Assembly: GCA_046261715.1 (NCBI GenBank)
Contig: JBHEOF010000004.1
Coordinates: 16,064-66,922 of the forward strand
Direction of reading: 5' to 3'
DNA: 50,859 nt
Origin: Bacteroidales bacterium
GTDB lineage: Bacteria > Bacteroidota > Bacteroidia > Bacteroidales > UBA7960
Numbering within the stretch: the stretch's first letter is position 1; each line of letters starts with the position of its first letter. The notes below the pieces were generated by a model that worked only from the letters and a program-made list of their open reading frames with translations, had not been told where the DNA came from and did not search any database. Below are positions 28,359-38,397 of the stretch, piece after piece. Both the position numbers and the translations under genes were made by a program.

Positions 28359-29222
28359 ATGAAAAAGAGACAGAAATTATTTAACGGGATTGTTAGCTTT
28401 ATTGTGCTGGTTCTTGCGGCATTTGCATTTCAATCCTGTGAGCAGGAAGAAGAAAAAATTGAACTGGGTTATGTTTTATGGGATTCTGAAATTGCATCAA
28501 CCCATGTAGTAGCAGCAGTAATAGAAGACCGGCTTGACCAAGAAGTCTCTCTTACTGCAGTAGATGCAGGCCCAATGTGGATGGGCGTGGCCCGTGGTGA
28601 TTTTGATGCCATTGTTGCAGCATGGTTACCTGTAACACATGAAGCCTATCTTGAACAAACACAGGATGATATTATTAATCTGGGACCTAATCTTGAAGGT
28701 GCTCGTCTGGGTTGGGTTGTACCCTCGTATGTTACCATCAGCAGCATTGAAGAGCTGAATGAATATGCTGATGAATTTGAAGGTGAAATTACAGGAATTG
28801 ATCCCGGGGCAGGGCTCATGGCGGCAAGTGAAAATGTGATGGTAGCTTATGAGCTTGATGATTTCAGACTCGTTTCCGGTTCAGATGCCGCTATGACAGC
28901 AGCTCTGCGTCGTGCCATTGACAGAGAAGAATGGATTGTAGTTACCGGTTGGACACCCCACTGGAAATTTGCCGCTTTTGACCTGAAATATCTGGATGAC
29001 CCATTAAAGACATTGGGAGATGAAGAATATATTGCTACCATTGTGCATCCCGATCTGCAAACCAAGGCACCGGATGTGTATGAATTCCTGGATAACTTTT
29101 ACTGGACTCCGGAAGAAATGGCCGAAGTTATGATGCTGATTGAAGAAGGAATGGAGCCCTATGATGCTGCACGGCAGTGGGTAAGTGAAAATCAGGAAAA
29201 AGTTGATCAGTGGCTTGAGTAA
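28359..29222 (+). CDS. opuAC: Glycine betaine ABC transporter substrate-binding lipoprotein
   Basis: Lipobox FQSC; LWDSE, AAWLPVTH, LGPNLEGA, GIDPGAG, GWTPHW and LKYLDDP. Confidence 0.92.
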   Translation: MKKRQKLFNGIVSFIVLVLAAFAFQSCEQEEEKIELGYVLWDSEIASTHVVAAVIEDRLDQEVSLTAVDAGPMWMGVARGDFDAIVAAWLPVTHEAYLEQTQDDIINLGPNLEGARLGWVVPSYVTISSIEELNEYADEFEGEITGIDPGAGLMAASENVMVAYELDDFRLVSGSDAAMTAALRRAIDREEWIVVTGWTPHWKFAAFDLKYLDDPLKTLGDEEYIATIVHPDLQTKAPDVYEFLDNFYWTPEEMAEVMMLIEEGMEPYDAARQWVSENQEKVDQWLE

Positions 29223-29258
29223 AAGAAAGTTAAGATTAACTGCTACAAGTAGTTTTAT

Positions 29259-29294
29259 AATACTGCCGGTACTTATTTTTGTGCCGGCAGTATT
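29259..29294 (+). terminator. Strong intercistronic hairpin after opuAC (partial terminator or mRNA stabiliser)
   Basis: AATACTGCCGGTAC-ttattttt-GTGCCGGCAGTATT, a 14-bp stem with one G-U pair. Confidence 0.75.
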
Positions 29295-29329
29295 TATTGA
29301 ATTGTATTAATATATATTTCTATTATAAA

Positions 29330-30571
29330 ATGGAAAATAAAATTGTTGTAAAGAATTTATCGAAAATATTTGGCCCTAATCCGGAAAAAGGTCTTGATGC
29401 CCTAAAAAAGGGAATGTCAAAAAAAGAGGTTTTGCAAAAATACAATCAAAAGGTTGGTGCATACGACGTATCGTTTAATGTAAAAAACAGTGAAATATTT
29501 GTTTTGATGGGCTTATCGGGAAGTGGTAAATCTACCTTACAACGTTTGATCAACAGGCTACATGAGCCCACCAGAGGAGAAATTATCATTGACGGAACTG
29601 ATATTACCCGGCTTGGGAAAAAGGATTTACGCAAATTCCGACAAAAACATTTCTGCGGTATGGTATTTCAAAACTTTGCCATACTGCCTCATCTTACAGT
29701 TCAGGAGAATGTTGAATTCGGACTGGAACTTCAGGGCATTAGTAAAGAAAGCAGAGCAGAGAAGGCAATTGAGGTGATCAAACTGGTTGGGCTTGAAGGC
29801 AATGAAAACAGCTACCCTTCTGAGCTATCAGGAGGCATGCAGCAGCGTGTAGGGCTTGCAAGAGGTTTAGCTGTAGATGCAGATATTTTGCTCATGGATG
29901 AAGCTTTCAGTGCCCTTGACCCAATAATAAGAAGGCAAATGCAGGATGAACTGCTTATGATCCAGGACAGGATGCAGAAAACCATCATCTTTGTTACCCA
30001 TGATCTTGATGAGGCCTTTCGGCTCGGCAACCGCATTGCTATCATGAATGATGGAGCAATTGTACAAATAGGAACTGCAGAAGAAATTATCTCCAAACCT
30101 GCCAATGATTACGTAAGAGCATTTGTTGAGGATATGGACCGGTCTGCTATATTAACGGCTGGCGCTGTTATGCAACCCGTTGAAGATACTGCCTTCACGG
30201 GTGATGGTCCCCGTACTATACTTCGTAAAATCAGAAAAAAAGGTTTATCAGGCATTCTGGTTACCAATACAAGAAAAGAATTACAGGGTTACATAAGAGC
30301 GGCAGAACTAGCAGACTATATCAACCGGAATAAGGATAAAGAAGATATACCTTTCAACAATGATCTGGTTTATAAAATTAATGGAATCGATGAAGATACA
30401 CCGCTTACTGATATTATTAATATGTACAGCGATCATGAGTTCGGGCCCATTCCTGTGATTGATAAAAACAATATACTTAAAGGTGTTATTGTTAAAGGAT
30501 CAGTAATAGCAGCTCTTTCTGAATCAAACAGAAATGATAACAATGCACAGGAGCTTCTGGAAGAAGTTTAA
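29330..30571 (+). CDS. opuAA: Glycine betaine ABC transporter ATP-binding subunit with C-terminal CBS pair
   Basis: KNLSKIFG, GLSGSGKST, LSGGMQQRVGLAR, LMDEAFSALDP and THDLDEA; start MENK at 29330. Confidence 0.95.
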   Translation: MENKIVVKNLSKIFGPNPEKGLDALKKGMSKKEVLQKYNQKVGAYDVSFNVKNSEIFVLMGLSGSGKSTLQRLINRLHEPTRGEIIIDGTDITRLGKKDLRKFRQKHFCGMVFQNFAILPHLTVQENVEFGLELQGISKESRAEKAIEVIKLVGLEGNENSYPSELSGGMQQRVGLARGLAVDADILLMDEAFSALDPIIRRQMQDELLMIQDRMQKTIIFVTHDLDEAFRLGNRIAIMNDGAIVQIGTAEEIISKPANDYVRAFVEDMDRSAILTAGAVMQPVEDTAFTGDGPRTILRKIRKKGLSGILVTNTRKELQGYIRAAELADYINRNKDKEDIPFNNDLVYKINGIDEDTPLTDIINMYSDHEFGPIPVIDKNNILKGVIVKGSVIAALSESNRNDNNAQELLEEV

Positions 30572-30645
30572 CTGAAGTTATTGACCTGTAATACTTTTAT
30601 CACACATTATCTGAATAAAAAAAATAATCATTCAATATTTGCAAA

Positions 30646-31485
30646 ATGTTTAATTTCCGAATCCCTCTAGATGACTGGGTAACCAAAATAGTTGAATATC
30701 TTGAAAGAGAACTTGCACCCATTTTTGACGGCTTTAGTTCTTTAATTTTATTTATGGTAGACAGCCTGAAAGACGGTATGCTCTTTTTACCACCCCTGGT
30801 ATTGATAATAATTATTACAGCCATAACCTGGTACATGGCAGGATGGCGTAATAGTATTATAGCCTTTTTAGGACTCCTGCTAAGCGAAAACATTGGTCTC
30901 TGGGAAGCTTTTGTTGAAACCCTGGCCCTGGTATTATCAGCAGAGGTGCTGGTGGTTTTTATCGGTTTACCATTGGGTATAATGGCTGCCCGTAATGATC
31001 GTTTCAATGCAATTTTAAGACCCATACTTGACTTTATGCAAACCATGCCTGCATTTGTGTACCTTATACCGGCAGTAATGTTTTTCGGATTAGGACTGGT
31101 TCCGGGTGTGGTAGCTACCTTTGTGTTTGCTCTGCCGCCCCTTATAAGGCTTACCAATTTGGGAATAAGACAAGTGCCTGTTGAGCTGGTAGAAGCAGCT
31201 GACGCATTTGGTGCTACCGAAATGCAAAAACTTATGAAAGTGCAGATACCTGTGGCCAGGCCCACTATTCTGGCTGGTATTAACCAATCTATTATGCTGG
31301 GGCTGTCAATGGTAGTTATTGCAGCGATGATCGGTGCCGGTGGTCTTGGTGAAGATGTGCTTCGTGGTATTCAAAGATTGCAGGTAGGACAAGGCTTTGA
31401 AGCAGGACTTGTAGTTGTAATACTTGCCATTATTCTTGACCGGATTACCGCAGGATTTGGTGCCGGAAAGAAAACAACCAACTAA
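30646..31485 (+). CDS. opuAB: Glycine betaine ABC transporter permease
   Basis: PILDFMQTMPAFVYLIP, RLTNLGIRQV…EAADAFG (EAA loop) and SMVVIAAMIGAGGLG. Confidence 0.95.
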   Translation: MFNFRIPLDDWVTKIVEYLERELAPIFDGFSSLILFMVDSLKDGMLFLPPLVLIIIITAITWYMAGWRNSIIAFLGLLLSENIGLWEAFVETLALVLSAEVLVVFIGLPLGIMAARNDRFNAILRPILDFMQTMPAFVYLIPAVMFFGLGLVPGVVATFVFALPPLIRLTNLGIRQVPVELVEAADAFGATEMQKLMKVQIPVARPTILAGINQSIMLGLSMVVIAAMIGAGGLGEDVLRGIQRLQVGQGFEAGLVVVILAIILDRITAGFGAGKKTTN

Positions 31486-31508
31486 AAAAACTTCCCCGGA
31501 TCAAATTA

Positions 31509-32774
31509 TTAAACAAATAAAATAAGACTTACGATACCTGAAATCATTATTAAGAATGAAGACATTATCAACTGCTTGCTTCTGTTAATACCAGCAATAA
31601 AAGAGAAAAAAGCAGTTTTAAAAAATGTATTCATAACAACAGCAATTACAATTCCTGTAACAGCACTGGAATGAGCCAATGCTTCATTGGCTTTTTTAGA
31701 TAAAGAAAGTGTAATAGCATCAACATCCATAACTCCGGAAATGAGAGAAATAAAATAAATTCCCTGTTCACCAAAGTAATTTTCAGCTGCATGTGTTAGA
31801 AAGAGAATTACTGCCAGTAAAAATCCGAATTTCAAAGCACGTGATAACTGCAAAGGATTTTCAATTTTTATTTCTTTATCTTCATCAGAAGATGATGGGC
31901 TACTTTTCCAAATCCAGAATCCACAAATCAATGTAACCACAAACATAACTGAAAGTGGAACCCACAATAATGAAAGTAAAGTTGAATTTACAACAGCTAC
32001 TTCAATAAATACCCGGACAAAACTAATGGATGATGCAAGTAAAACGCCCGACATAAAAATATGTATACCGGCGGCACTTTTCCCTTTGGCCATAGCAGCC
32101 AAACTGAAAGTAATGGCTGTGGAAGATGCCATTCCGCCCACAAAAGATGTCAATAAAGGACCAAACTTATGGCCAATTAGTCGTGTAAGTATATACCCTA
32201 CAAAAGAAAGCCCTGAGATTAGCACTACCATCCACCATATCCAGTAAGGATTAAGCGCATCCCAGGGGCCAAAACCCTGATCTGGCAGTAAGGGGAGAAA
32301 AATAACAGAAATGATCAATAACTTGATCCAGGCATAAATTTCTTTGAGTTCAATTTTTTTTAACCAGTTATGCAAAGTGGGCTTCAGGTTCAGTAATGTT
32401 AATACCACTACTGCCGCTATAAGCGCCGGCAATTTGTAGCCCAGTGATGCCCACACTCCAAGTGAAAATGTGATCAGAAGTCCAATTTCAGTGGTGAGTC
32501 CAACATCGGGAGAAGTTTGTTTTTGCGACAAATAGCCGGCAATGATCAATGCAACCAGGCCCAGAAATATAATACCCAGCATCCAGGCAGGCACCAGTTG
32601 AGTCATTTGTGCCCACACACCACCCAGCAAACCTACAAGACTGAATGTTCGAATACCGGCTACACGTTTCCCTTCATCATCGGCACGACTTGTCCAGCCA
32701 CGCTCAATGCCTATGAGCAAACCTACACCAAGAGCTACTGAAAGATCCCATAAAATTTCAAGCGTACCATCCAT
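31509..32774 (-). CDS. MgtC/SapB-family membrane protein with C-terminal DUF4010
   Basis: GLLIGIERGW, AGIRTF, GLTTE, WWMVVLISGLSFVGY, GGMASSTA and SGVMDVDA; ~13 TMs. Confidence 0.88.
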   Translation of the reverse strand: MDGTLEILWDLSVALGVGLLIGIERGWTSRADDEGKRVAGIRTFSLVGLLGGVWAQMTQLVPAWMLGIIFLGLVALIIAGYLSQKQTSPDVGLTTEIGLLITFSLGVWASLGYKLPALIAAVVVLTLLNLKPTLHNWLKKIELKEIYAWIKLLIISVIFLPLLPDQGFGPWDALNPYWIWWMVVLISGLSFVGYILTRLIGHKFGPLLTSFVGGMASSTAITFSLAAMAKGKSAAGIHIFMSGVLLASSISFVRVFIEVAVVNSTLLSLLWVPLSVMFVVTLICGFWIWKSSPSSSDEDKEIKIENPLQLSRALKFGFLLAVILFLTHAAENYFGEQGIYFISLISGVMDVDAITLSLSKKANEALAHSSAVTGIVIAVVMNTFFKTAFFSFIAGINRSKQLIMSSFLIMISGIVSLILFV

Positions 32775-32833
32775 GATTTCACCGGTTAGTGATACAGGAA
32801 CTCCTAATCATTAAGATAAAAGCACAAAGTATA

Positions 32834-33103
32834 TTATTCCTGATCTTTGTTTCTTTGCTCGGCTTCCTTCATTTGTTTTCTTCTTTCCCTTCTCCAAAGC
32901 AGATATAGTATAACTATTATAACAGGTATAACAATGAAAAAGATAATGTTTTCTGTAGATTCAAAAAAATCTACAGGTTTTATTTTTCCCCTGGGAATAT
33001 GGGTTGGTGATTGTGCAAAAGTTGAAAATGCTATAATGTTTGCTATTATAAACATCCACATTTTAATGATTCCCGACAAAACTTTGTTTTTCATATTCTG
33101 CAT
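32834..33103 (-). CDS. Small membrane protein of unknown function
   Basis: Signal-like segment ending FA/Q, a Pro-rich linker, one TM (IIFFIVIPVIIVILYLLW) and a basic tail; start uncertain. Confidence 0.65.
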   Translation of the reverse strand: MQNMKNKVLSGIIKMWMFIIANIIAFSTFAQSPTHIPRGKIKPVDFFESTENIIFFIVIPVIIVILYLLWRRERRKQMKEAEQRNKDQE

Positions 33104-33171
33104 GTCTTAATACTTTTAATTTTATTTGTTAAACAAGCAAGTGCAGGGTTTGATCAAAAATAATCAAAATA

Positions 33172-34008
33172 TCATTCTTCTATCAGGCTTACACCATTCT
33201 CACTAATACTTATTATTTTTTGCCTGTAGAGATTTCCAACTGATTTTTTAAAGTTTTTCTTGCTCATTTGCAAGACCTTGTATATTTCTTCGGGATTGCT
33301 CTTGTCTGTTAAAGGTAAAAATCCATCATTGCTTTTCAATACATCAAGTAATTTGGAAGTGAATTGATCAATATTTTGAAAACCGGATTTTTGAAGTTTC
33401 AAATCAATTTTTCCATCGGGCCGTATTTCTGAAATGTAACCCTTCATTTGCTGACCCGGAAAAACATCATGAAAAATCTCATTTGCATAAAGCAATCCGC
33501 TGTGCTTCTGATTGATAATGGCTTTGTACCCGAGGTCGGAACGGGTCCATATTACAAGATCAACTTGCTGTCCTGTTTCGTAAGAAACCGGTTCTATATC
33601 CAGGTATTTTTCGAGTTTTGCTGATGCTGCTATCCGTTTACTGCGTGAATCAACGTAGAGATAAACAAGATAAAAACGCCCTTCTTCCATTTTTGCATTT
33701 TGTTCTTTGAAAGGAACAAGGAGGTCTTTATCCAGGCCCCAATCAAGAAATGCACCAATGCGGTTAACCGCTTTTACCTTCATTAGGGCAAACTCACCCA
33801 CCATGGCTTTTGGTTTCAGGGTTGTAGCAATAGGCCTGTCTTCCGAGTCGAAGTATATAAACACATCCAGTTCATCATCAACCTTTGTATTTCCCGGTAC
33901 CCATTTGGTAGGCATAAGAATTTCGCCCATTTCACCGCCATCAAGGTATACACCAAAATCGAGGATTTTTACTACGCGGAGGGTATTGAGTTTTCCTGGT
34001 TGTATCAT
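33172..34008 (-). CDS. cvfB: CvfB/YitL-family S1-domain RNA-binding protein
   Basis: FGVYLD, GAFLDWGLDKDLLVPFKEQ, RPDGKIDL and winged-helix MSKKNFKKSVGNLY; start at 34008. Confidence 0.9.
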   Translation of the reverse strand: MIQPGKLNTLRVVKILDFGVYLDGGEMGEILMPTKWVPGNTKVDDELDVFIYFDSEDRPIATTLKPKAMVGEFALMKVKAVNRIGAFLDWGLDKDLLVPFKEQNAKMEEGRFYLVYLYVDSRSKRIAASAKLEKYLDIEPVSYETGQQVDLVIWTRSDLGYKAIINQKHSGLLYANEIFHDVFPGQQMKGYISEIRPDGKIDLKLQKSGFQNIDQFTSKLLDVLKSNDGFLPLTDKSNPEEIYKVLQMSKKNFKKSVGNLYRQKIISISENGVSLIEE

Positions 34009-34041
34009 AATTATCAAGGTTTTATTTTTCTGCAAAAATAC

Positions 34042-34083
34042 AAAAGCCACCTTCTCCCTGCTTTCACAGATTGAGAAAGTGGC
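34042..34083 (-). terminator. Intrinsic terminator of the V-ATPase operon
   Basis: Minus strand GCCACTTTCTC…GAGAAGGTGGC then TTTTGTATTTTT; a TATTTTTG -7 box for cvfB overlaps the tail (34033-34040). Confidence 0.8.
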
Positions 34084-34111
34084 AATCACGTATATTTGTC
34101 AATTCGGTTTC

Positions 34112-34564
<453 letters not shown>

Positions 34565-34588
34565 TTAGTATTTAATTTGAGTGAAACG

Positions 34589-36406
34589 TTAGGTTAATTT
34601 TTTAAATGGATAATATTTCTTTCCACCACCGGAAAAACCGGCATTTTTATAAAACTCTACAAAAGTAAGACGCATGGGGTGCACAAATGCTCCCAGTCCC
34701 GACATGAACAGGTTAATACCATGACCTATAACAAGAATAATTACCATGATAAGGATGCTTAGCACAGGTATATTACCGCTCATAGATACTGCAAGGCTGT
34801 TAAATACAAACCCGAGGATTGCACTGGAAATACCCAAAGCAAACAAACGGATATACGACAGCAGGTCACCCAAAATTCCTGTTACCATGTTGTATGAATC
34901 CCAGAGACCTACACCCAGATTCATAAACACGTTGCGGGTAAGATTATTGAGAAGCAGGATCATTGAACCGCTTATTCCAAGCAGTGCATACCAAACAGGC
35001 GTTAATGAACTGCTTTCAACTACAGTAAATTCACCAATGGAATAAACAATGATTGAACCCACAAGTAAAACAATCCAGCCTATGGTGCCGATGGCCAGTT
35101 TCCAGCCGTATTGACGGGCTTCGTTGATAGCTTTCAGGAACAAACCAAAAATGATCTGTACACCACCCAATGCCAGCGATAAGTAAAACAACAGATTGTT
35201 TATGTCGGTTCCCCGGGCTTCCAGATCGGCTGCCAGGGTTGAATACACCGGCAAGGAAGTTTCATACAACGGAATTCCGAAGAAGGTTCCTCCGATGATA
35301 CCAAAAAATATGGTAGACAAACCCAGGTAGAACACAAGACCCATGGTTTGTTTGAGTTCTTTGGGCACTTTTTTCTTGAGAAGAGTGGCAGCAATAGCCA
35401 TCAAAATACCATAACCAGCATCTCCCAGGCAAAAACCGAAGAAAACCATATAGAATGGAGCGAAAAATGGAGTAAGATCCAGCTCACCGTATTTAGGCAA
35501 AGAATAAAGCTCACCAAGCATTTCAAATTTCTGCGAAAACTTCTTGTTTTTGAGCTCAATGGGAATCTTATCTCCTTTGACTGCTTTCTGACGTGTATAC
35601 ACCACAGAAGTTTTCTCAAGATATTCAACCATGTCGGCCTCTTTGGGTTGTGGCACCCAACCTTCAAGCAACATCACCTTTTCTTCGGCTTCGGCGCGGG
35701 TATGCATTATGGCCTGGTCGTATTCAACTGTCTCAAGCATTTGCTTGTAGAAGCCTTCAATGGCATCCATACTTTCACGTGCATGCTTATCGAAAAGTTC
35801 GTTTATATCGGCTATTTCCTTCTCCAGTTTTTCTTTGGCCTCCAGCAATTCAGAAAGTGGCTTTTCGGGAGTACGCATTTCTTCGGCAGGTATTTCATCA
35901 GTAAGATTACCCTTCTCAACCGCAACGAAATATACTTGTCCGGCATGCTCCGAAATTACTTCAATGGGGTATTCTTCAAGCCATTTCTCATCAAACTTGC
36001 TTTGGGCAATGGTATAAAACCGCAGCTTAATACGATTCTCCTTAAGAGCTTCAAGGGTTTTGAGAGAAAAGTCACCCCAGGGTTCAACAAGATTGATTTC
36101 TTTCCTGAGAGTTGCCAGGTTCTGATGCTTCTGCTCAATCTCTTCCATCGCTTTGTTTACAATATCAAAAGCTTCAGCGCCTGAGATACTGCAATCTGCA
36201 TCATTTCGTTCTATCTCCCTTTTGGAGAGAAACTTCAATACATTACCGATTTCCTTGATATGATCAAATTTATCTCTGATCTCAGAAGGTATTTCCTTTT
36301 CCTTTTCAATGATATGCACAACGCCCAGGCGGCGCAATTCTTTGAGGAACCGGGAATAGTCCTTATGGTAAACAAGGAAAGAATATTTTAACATGGGAAC
36401 TATCAT
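34589..36406 (-). CDS. ntpI: V/A-type ATPase subunit I (a)
   Basis: LLEGWVP, FFGFCLGDAGYG, GDLLSYIRLFALG (essential Arg) and HPMRLTFVEF. Confidence 0.96.
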   Translation of the reverse strand: MIVPMLKYSFLVYHKDYSRFLKELRRLGVVHIIEKEKEIPSEIRDKFDHIKEIGNVLKFLSKREIERNDADCSISGAEAFDIVNKAMEEIEQKHQNLATLRKEINLVEPWGDFSLKTLEALKENRIKLRFYTIAQSKFDEKWLEEYPIEVISEHAGQVYFVAVEKGNLTDEIPAEEMRTPEKPLSELLEAKEKLEKEIADINELFDKHARESMDAIEGFYKQMLETVEYDQAIMHTRAEAEEKVMLLEGWVPQPKEADMVEYLEKTSVVYTRQKAVKGDKIPIELKNKKFSQKFEMLGELYSLPKYGELDLTPFFAPFYMVFFGFCLGDAGYGILMAIAATLLKKKVPKELKQTMGLVFYLGLSTIFFGIIGGTFFGIPLYETSLPVYSTLAADLEARGTDINNLLFYLSLALGGVQIIFGLFLKAINEARQYGWKLAIGTIGWIVLLVGSIIVYSIGEFTVVESSSLTPVWYALLGISGSMILLLNNLTRNVFMNLGVGLWDSYNMVTGILGDLLSYIRLFALGISSAILGFVFNSLAVSMSGNIPVLSILIMVIILVIGHGINLFMSGLGAFVHPMRLTFVEFYKNAGFSGGGKKYYPFKKLT

Positions 36407-37005
36407 AAGCTTTCCTCCATCTCCTGAATTCGTGATTTCACAATTTTTTGTGCAGCTTTCGAAAGGTTTTCTTCATCTTCCATGTATCGCTTAATTTTGC
36501 GTATGGCATCCTGAAAACCAGGGATCTGCACTTTTTCATATAGGTTCACCTTTTGGGTGGTTTTACGACGGGCATGTTCAAGTAATTCCATTTTCTGGTT
36601 GAAGACTTCGCTTTCAATGGCAATTTTCGCCAGCTCCTTGCTGATAGAAATACCATCTAAATACCAGGAGGGTTTATTAAATACGCTGAACTCTTTTACA
36701 GAGAAAACCACTCCATCGAGCACAGGAGTTTTTACCCCGGCAATCTTCTTTACCGAAACATCCACTTCATCAACAGAAACCAGATCGTTATCGAACTCAC
36801 CCCACATTTCCACAACTTCTTCATACTTTGCAAGTTTCCTGCGCAGTTCTTTTTCAAGACGCTCGGCTTCCGTTTTGGCTTTCTTTACTTCAACCCTCAG
36901 TGCAGCTTCTTTGTTTTTCAGGGTGGGCAAAGCCTTTTCCCTGATCTTGAGCTGCTTTTCAAGTTGCTGTAAAGATGTTTTATTATATTGAAACTTTATA
37001 GCCAT
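36403..37005 (-). CDS. ntpD: V/A-type ATPase subunit D
   Basis: ALPTLKNKE and RKTTQKVNLYEKVQIP; coiled-coil; operon position. Confidence 0.95.
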   Translation of the reverse strand: MAIKFQYNKTSLQQLEKQLKIREKALPTLKNKEAALRVEVKKAKTEAERLEKELRRKLAKYEEVVEMWGEFDNDLVSVDEVDVSVKKIAGVKTPVLDGVVFSVKEFSVFNKPSWYLDGISISKELAKIAIESEVFNQKMELLEHARRKTTQKVNLYEKVQIPGFQDAIRKIKRYMEDEENLSKAAQKIVKSRIQEMEESL

Positions 37006-37012
37006 ATATGAT

Positions 37013-37040
37013 GGTTTAGGGTTTAGGGTGTAAGGTTTAA
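37013..37040. repeat. Heptamer tandem repeat (GGTTTAR)4 between ntpB and ntpD
   Basis: ggtttag ggtttag ggtgtaa ggtttaa, followed by a complementary ccctaaa. Confidence 0.75.
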
Positions 37041-37071
37041 TAAGCCTGCCCTAAAACTTTTCACTTCTATA

Positions 37072-38397
37072 TCAATTTTCTTTCCAGTATTTCTCTACGA
37101 ATTCTTTTTTGAGTCCTACTTCTACCGGAGTGAAATATTTTGAAAACAATTCGTAAGCTGTTTCAAGCATCACGTCTACTTCTATGTTTACATCGATGGC
37201 CAGCAGTTTTTCAGAGTATGCTTTGGCAAATTCAATTGTCCGTTCGTCATAATCTGTAAGGTCAAAACCGTTTTCCAGCTTTGTTTTAGCGTTGGCAGCA
37301 TCTGCATATAAACGAACCGCAGCATTCATAACCTGTGGGTGATCTTCACGGGTTTTCTTGCCAATAACCAATTGTTTCAAACGAGATAAGGAACGAAACG
37401 GGTCAACAATTACTTTACCGATGTCAGAGTCTTTACGTAAAAAAAGCTGACCTTCGGTGATATACCCTGTGTTGTCGGGGATAGCATGTGTAATATCGCC
37501 ACTGGAAAGTGTAGTTACAGCAATAATGGTAATTGAACCACCATCAGGAAACTGAACCGCTTTCTCATACAAACGGGCCAGGTCAGAATATAATGAACCC
37601 GGCATACTGTCTTTCGATGGAATCTGATCCATACGGTTTGATACAATACTCAATGCATCGGCATAGAGTGTAAGGTCGGTTAAAAGTACCAGAACCTTTT
37701 CTCCTTTTTCTGAAGCATAATACTCAGCAGCTGCAAGAGCCATATCAGGCACCAGCAAACGTTCAACGGGTGGATTTTCGGTAGTATTGATAAAACCTAC
37801 AATACGGTCAAGTGCTCCGGCATCGTCGAACACCCTTTTAAAGTAAAGGTAATCGTCATTTGTAAGACCCACACCACCCAGGATGATCTTATCGGCCTGA
37901 GCTCTGAGAGCTACCATTGCCATTACCTGGTTGTAAGGCTGATCGGGATCGGCAAAAAACGGGATTTTCTGCCCGGTAACCAAGGCATTATTGAGGTCGA
38001 TACCTGCAATACCCGTTGCAATAAATTCGGAGGGTTGTTCACGCCTTACGGGGTTAACACTTGGGCCCCCTATCTCGATTTCGTCACCCATGATCTCACC
38101 ACCATCGATGGGTTCACCATAGGCATTAAAGAACCGGCCGGCAAGTCCTTCGCCTACTTTAAGAGTGGGAGCTTTCCCTGTGAAGATCACCTCTGCGTCG
38201 TTTGCAATACCTTCAGTACCGGCAAATACCTGCAGGGTAACTACATCTTCCATGATCTTTACTACCTGGGCCAAACGTCCGTCAACAATAGCAAGTTCTT
38301 CATTACCAATACCTGTGGCATGCAAAGAAACCGTTGCCTTGGTAAGTTGAAACAGTTTGGTATATACGCGCTGAAATGCTTTTGTGTCTTTTTCCAT
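37072..38397 (-). CDS. ntpB: V/A-type ATPase subunit B
   Basis: TGIAGID, GQKIPFF, PGSLYSDLARLYEKA, DITHAIPDNTGYITEGQ and SLSRLK. Confidence 0.97.
   Translation of the reverse strand: MEKDTKAFQRVYTKLFQLTKATVSLHATGIGNEELAIVDGRLAQVVKIMEDVVTLQVFAGTEGIANDAEVIFTGKAPTLKVGEGLAGRFFNAYGEPIDGGEIMGDEIEIGGPSVNPVRREQPSEFIATGIAGIDLNNALVTGQKIPFFADPDQPYNQVMAMVALRAQADKIILGGVGLTNDDYLYFKRVFDDAGALDRIVGFINTTENPPVERLLVPDMALAAAEYYASEKGEKVLVLLTDLTLYADALSIVSNRMDQIPSKDSMPGSLYSDLARLYEKAVQFPDGGSITIIAVTTLSSGDITHAIPDNTGYITEGQLFLRKDSDIGKVIVDPFRSLSRLKQLVIGKKTREDHPQVMNAAVRLYADAANAKTKLENGFDLTDYDERTIEFAKAYSEKLLAIDVNIEVDVMLETAYELFSKYFTPVEVGLKKEFVEKYWKEN

Noticed and set aside
35348-36184. Long antisense ORFs (278 aa here; also 30600-31265, 33707-34216, 41236-41715 and others)
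   Set aside because: They are shadow frames opposite well-supported genes, with no recognisable motifs.
37013-37040. Resemblance to the plant telomere repeat TTTAGGG
   Set aside because: Only two exact units inside a bacterial operon; treated as a short tandem repeat, not as telomeric or contaminant DNA.
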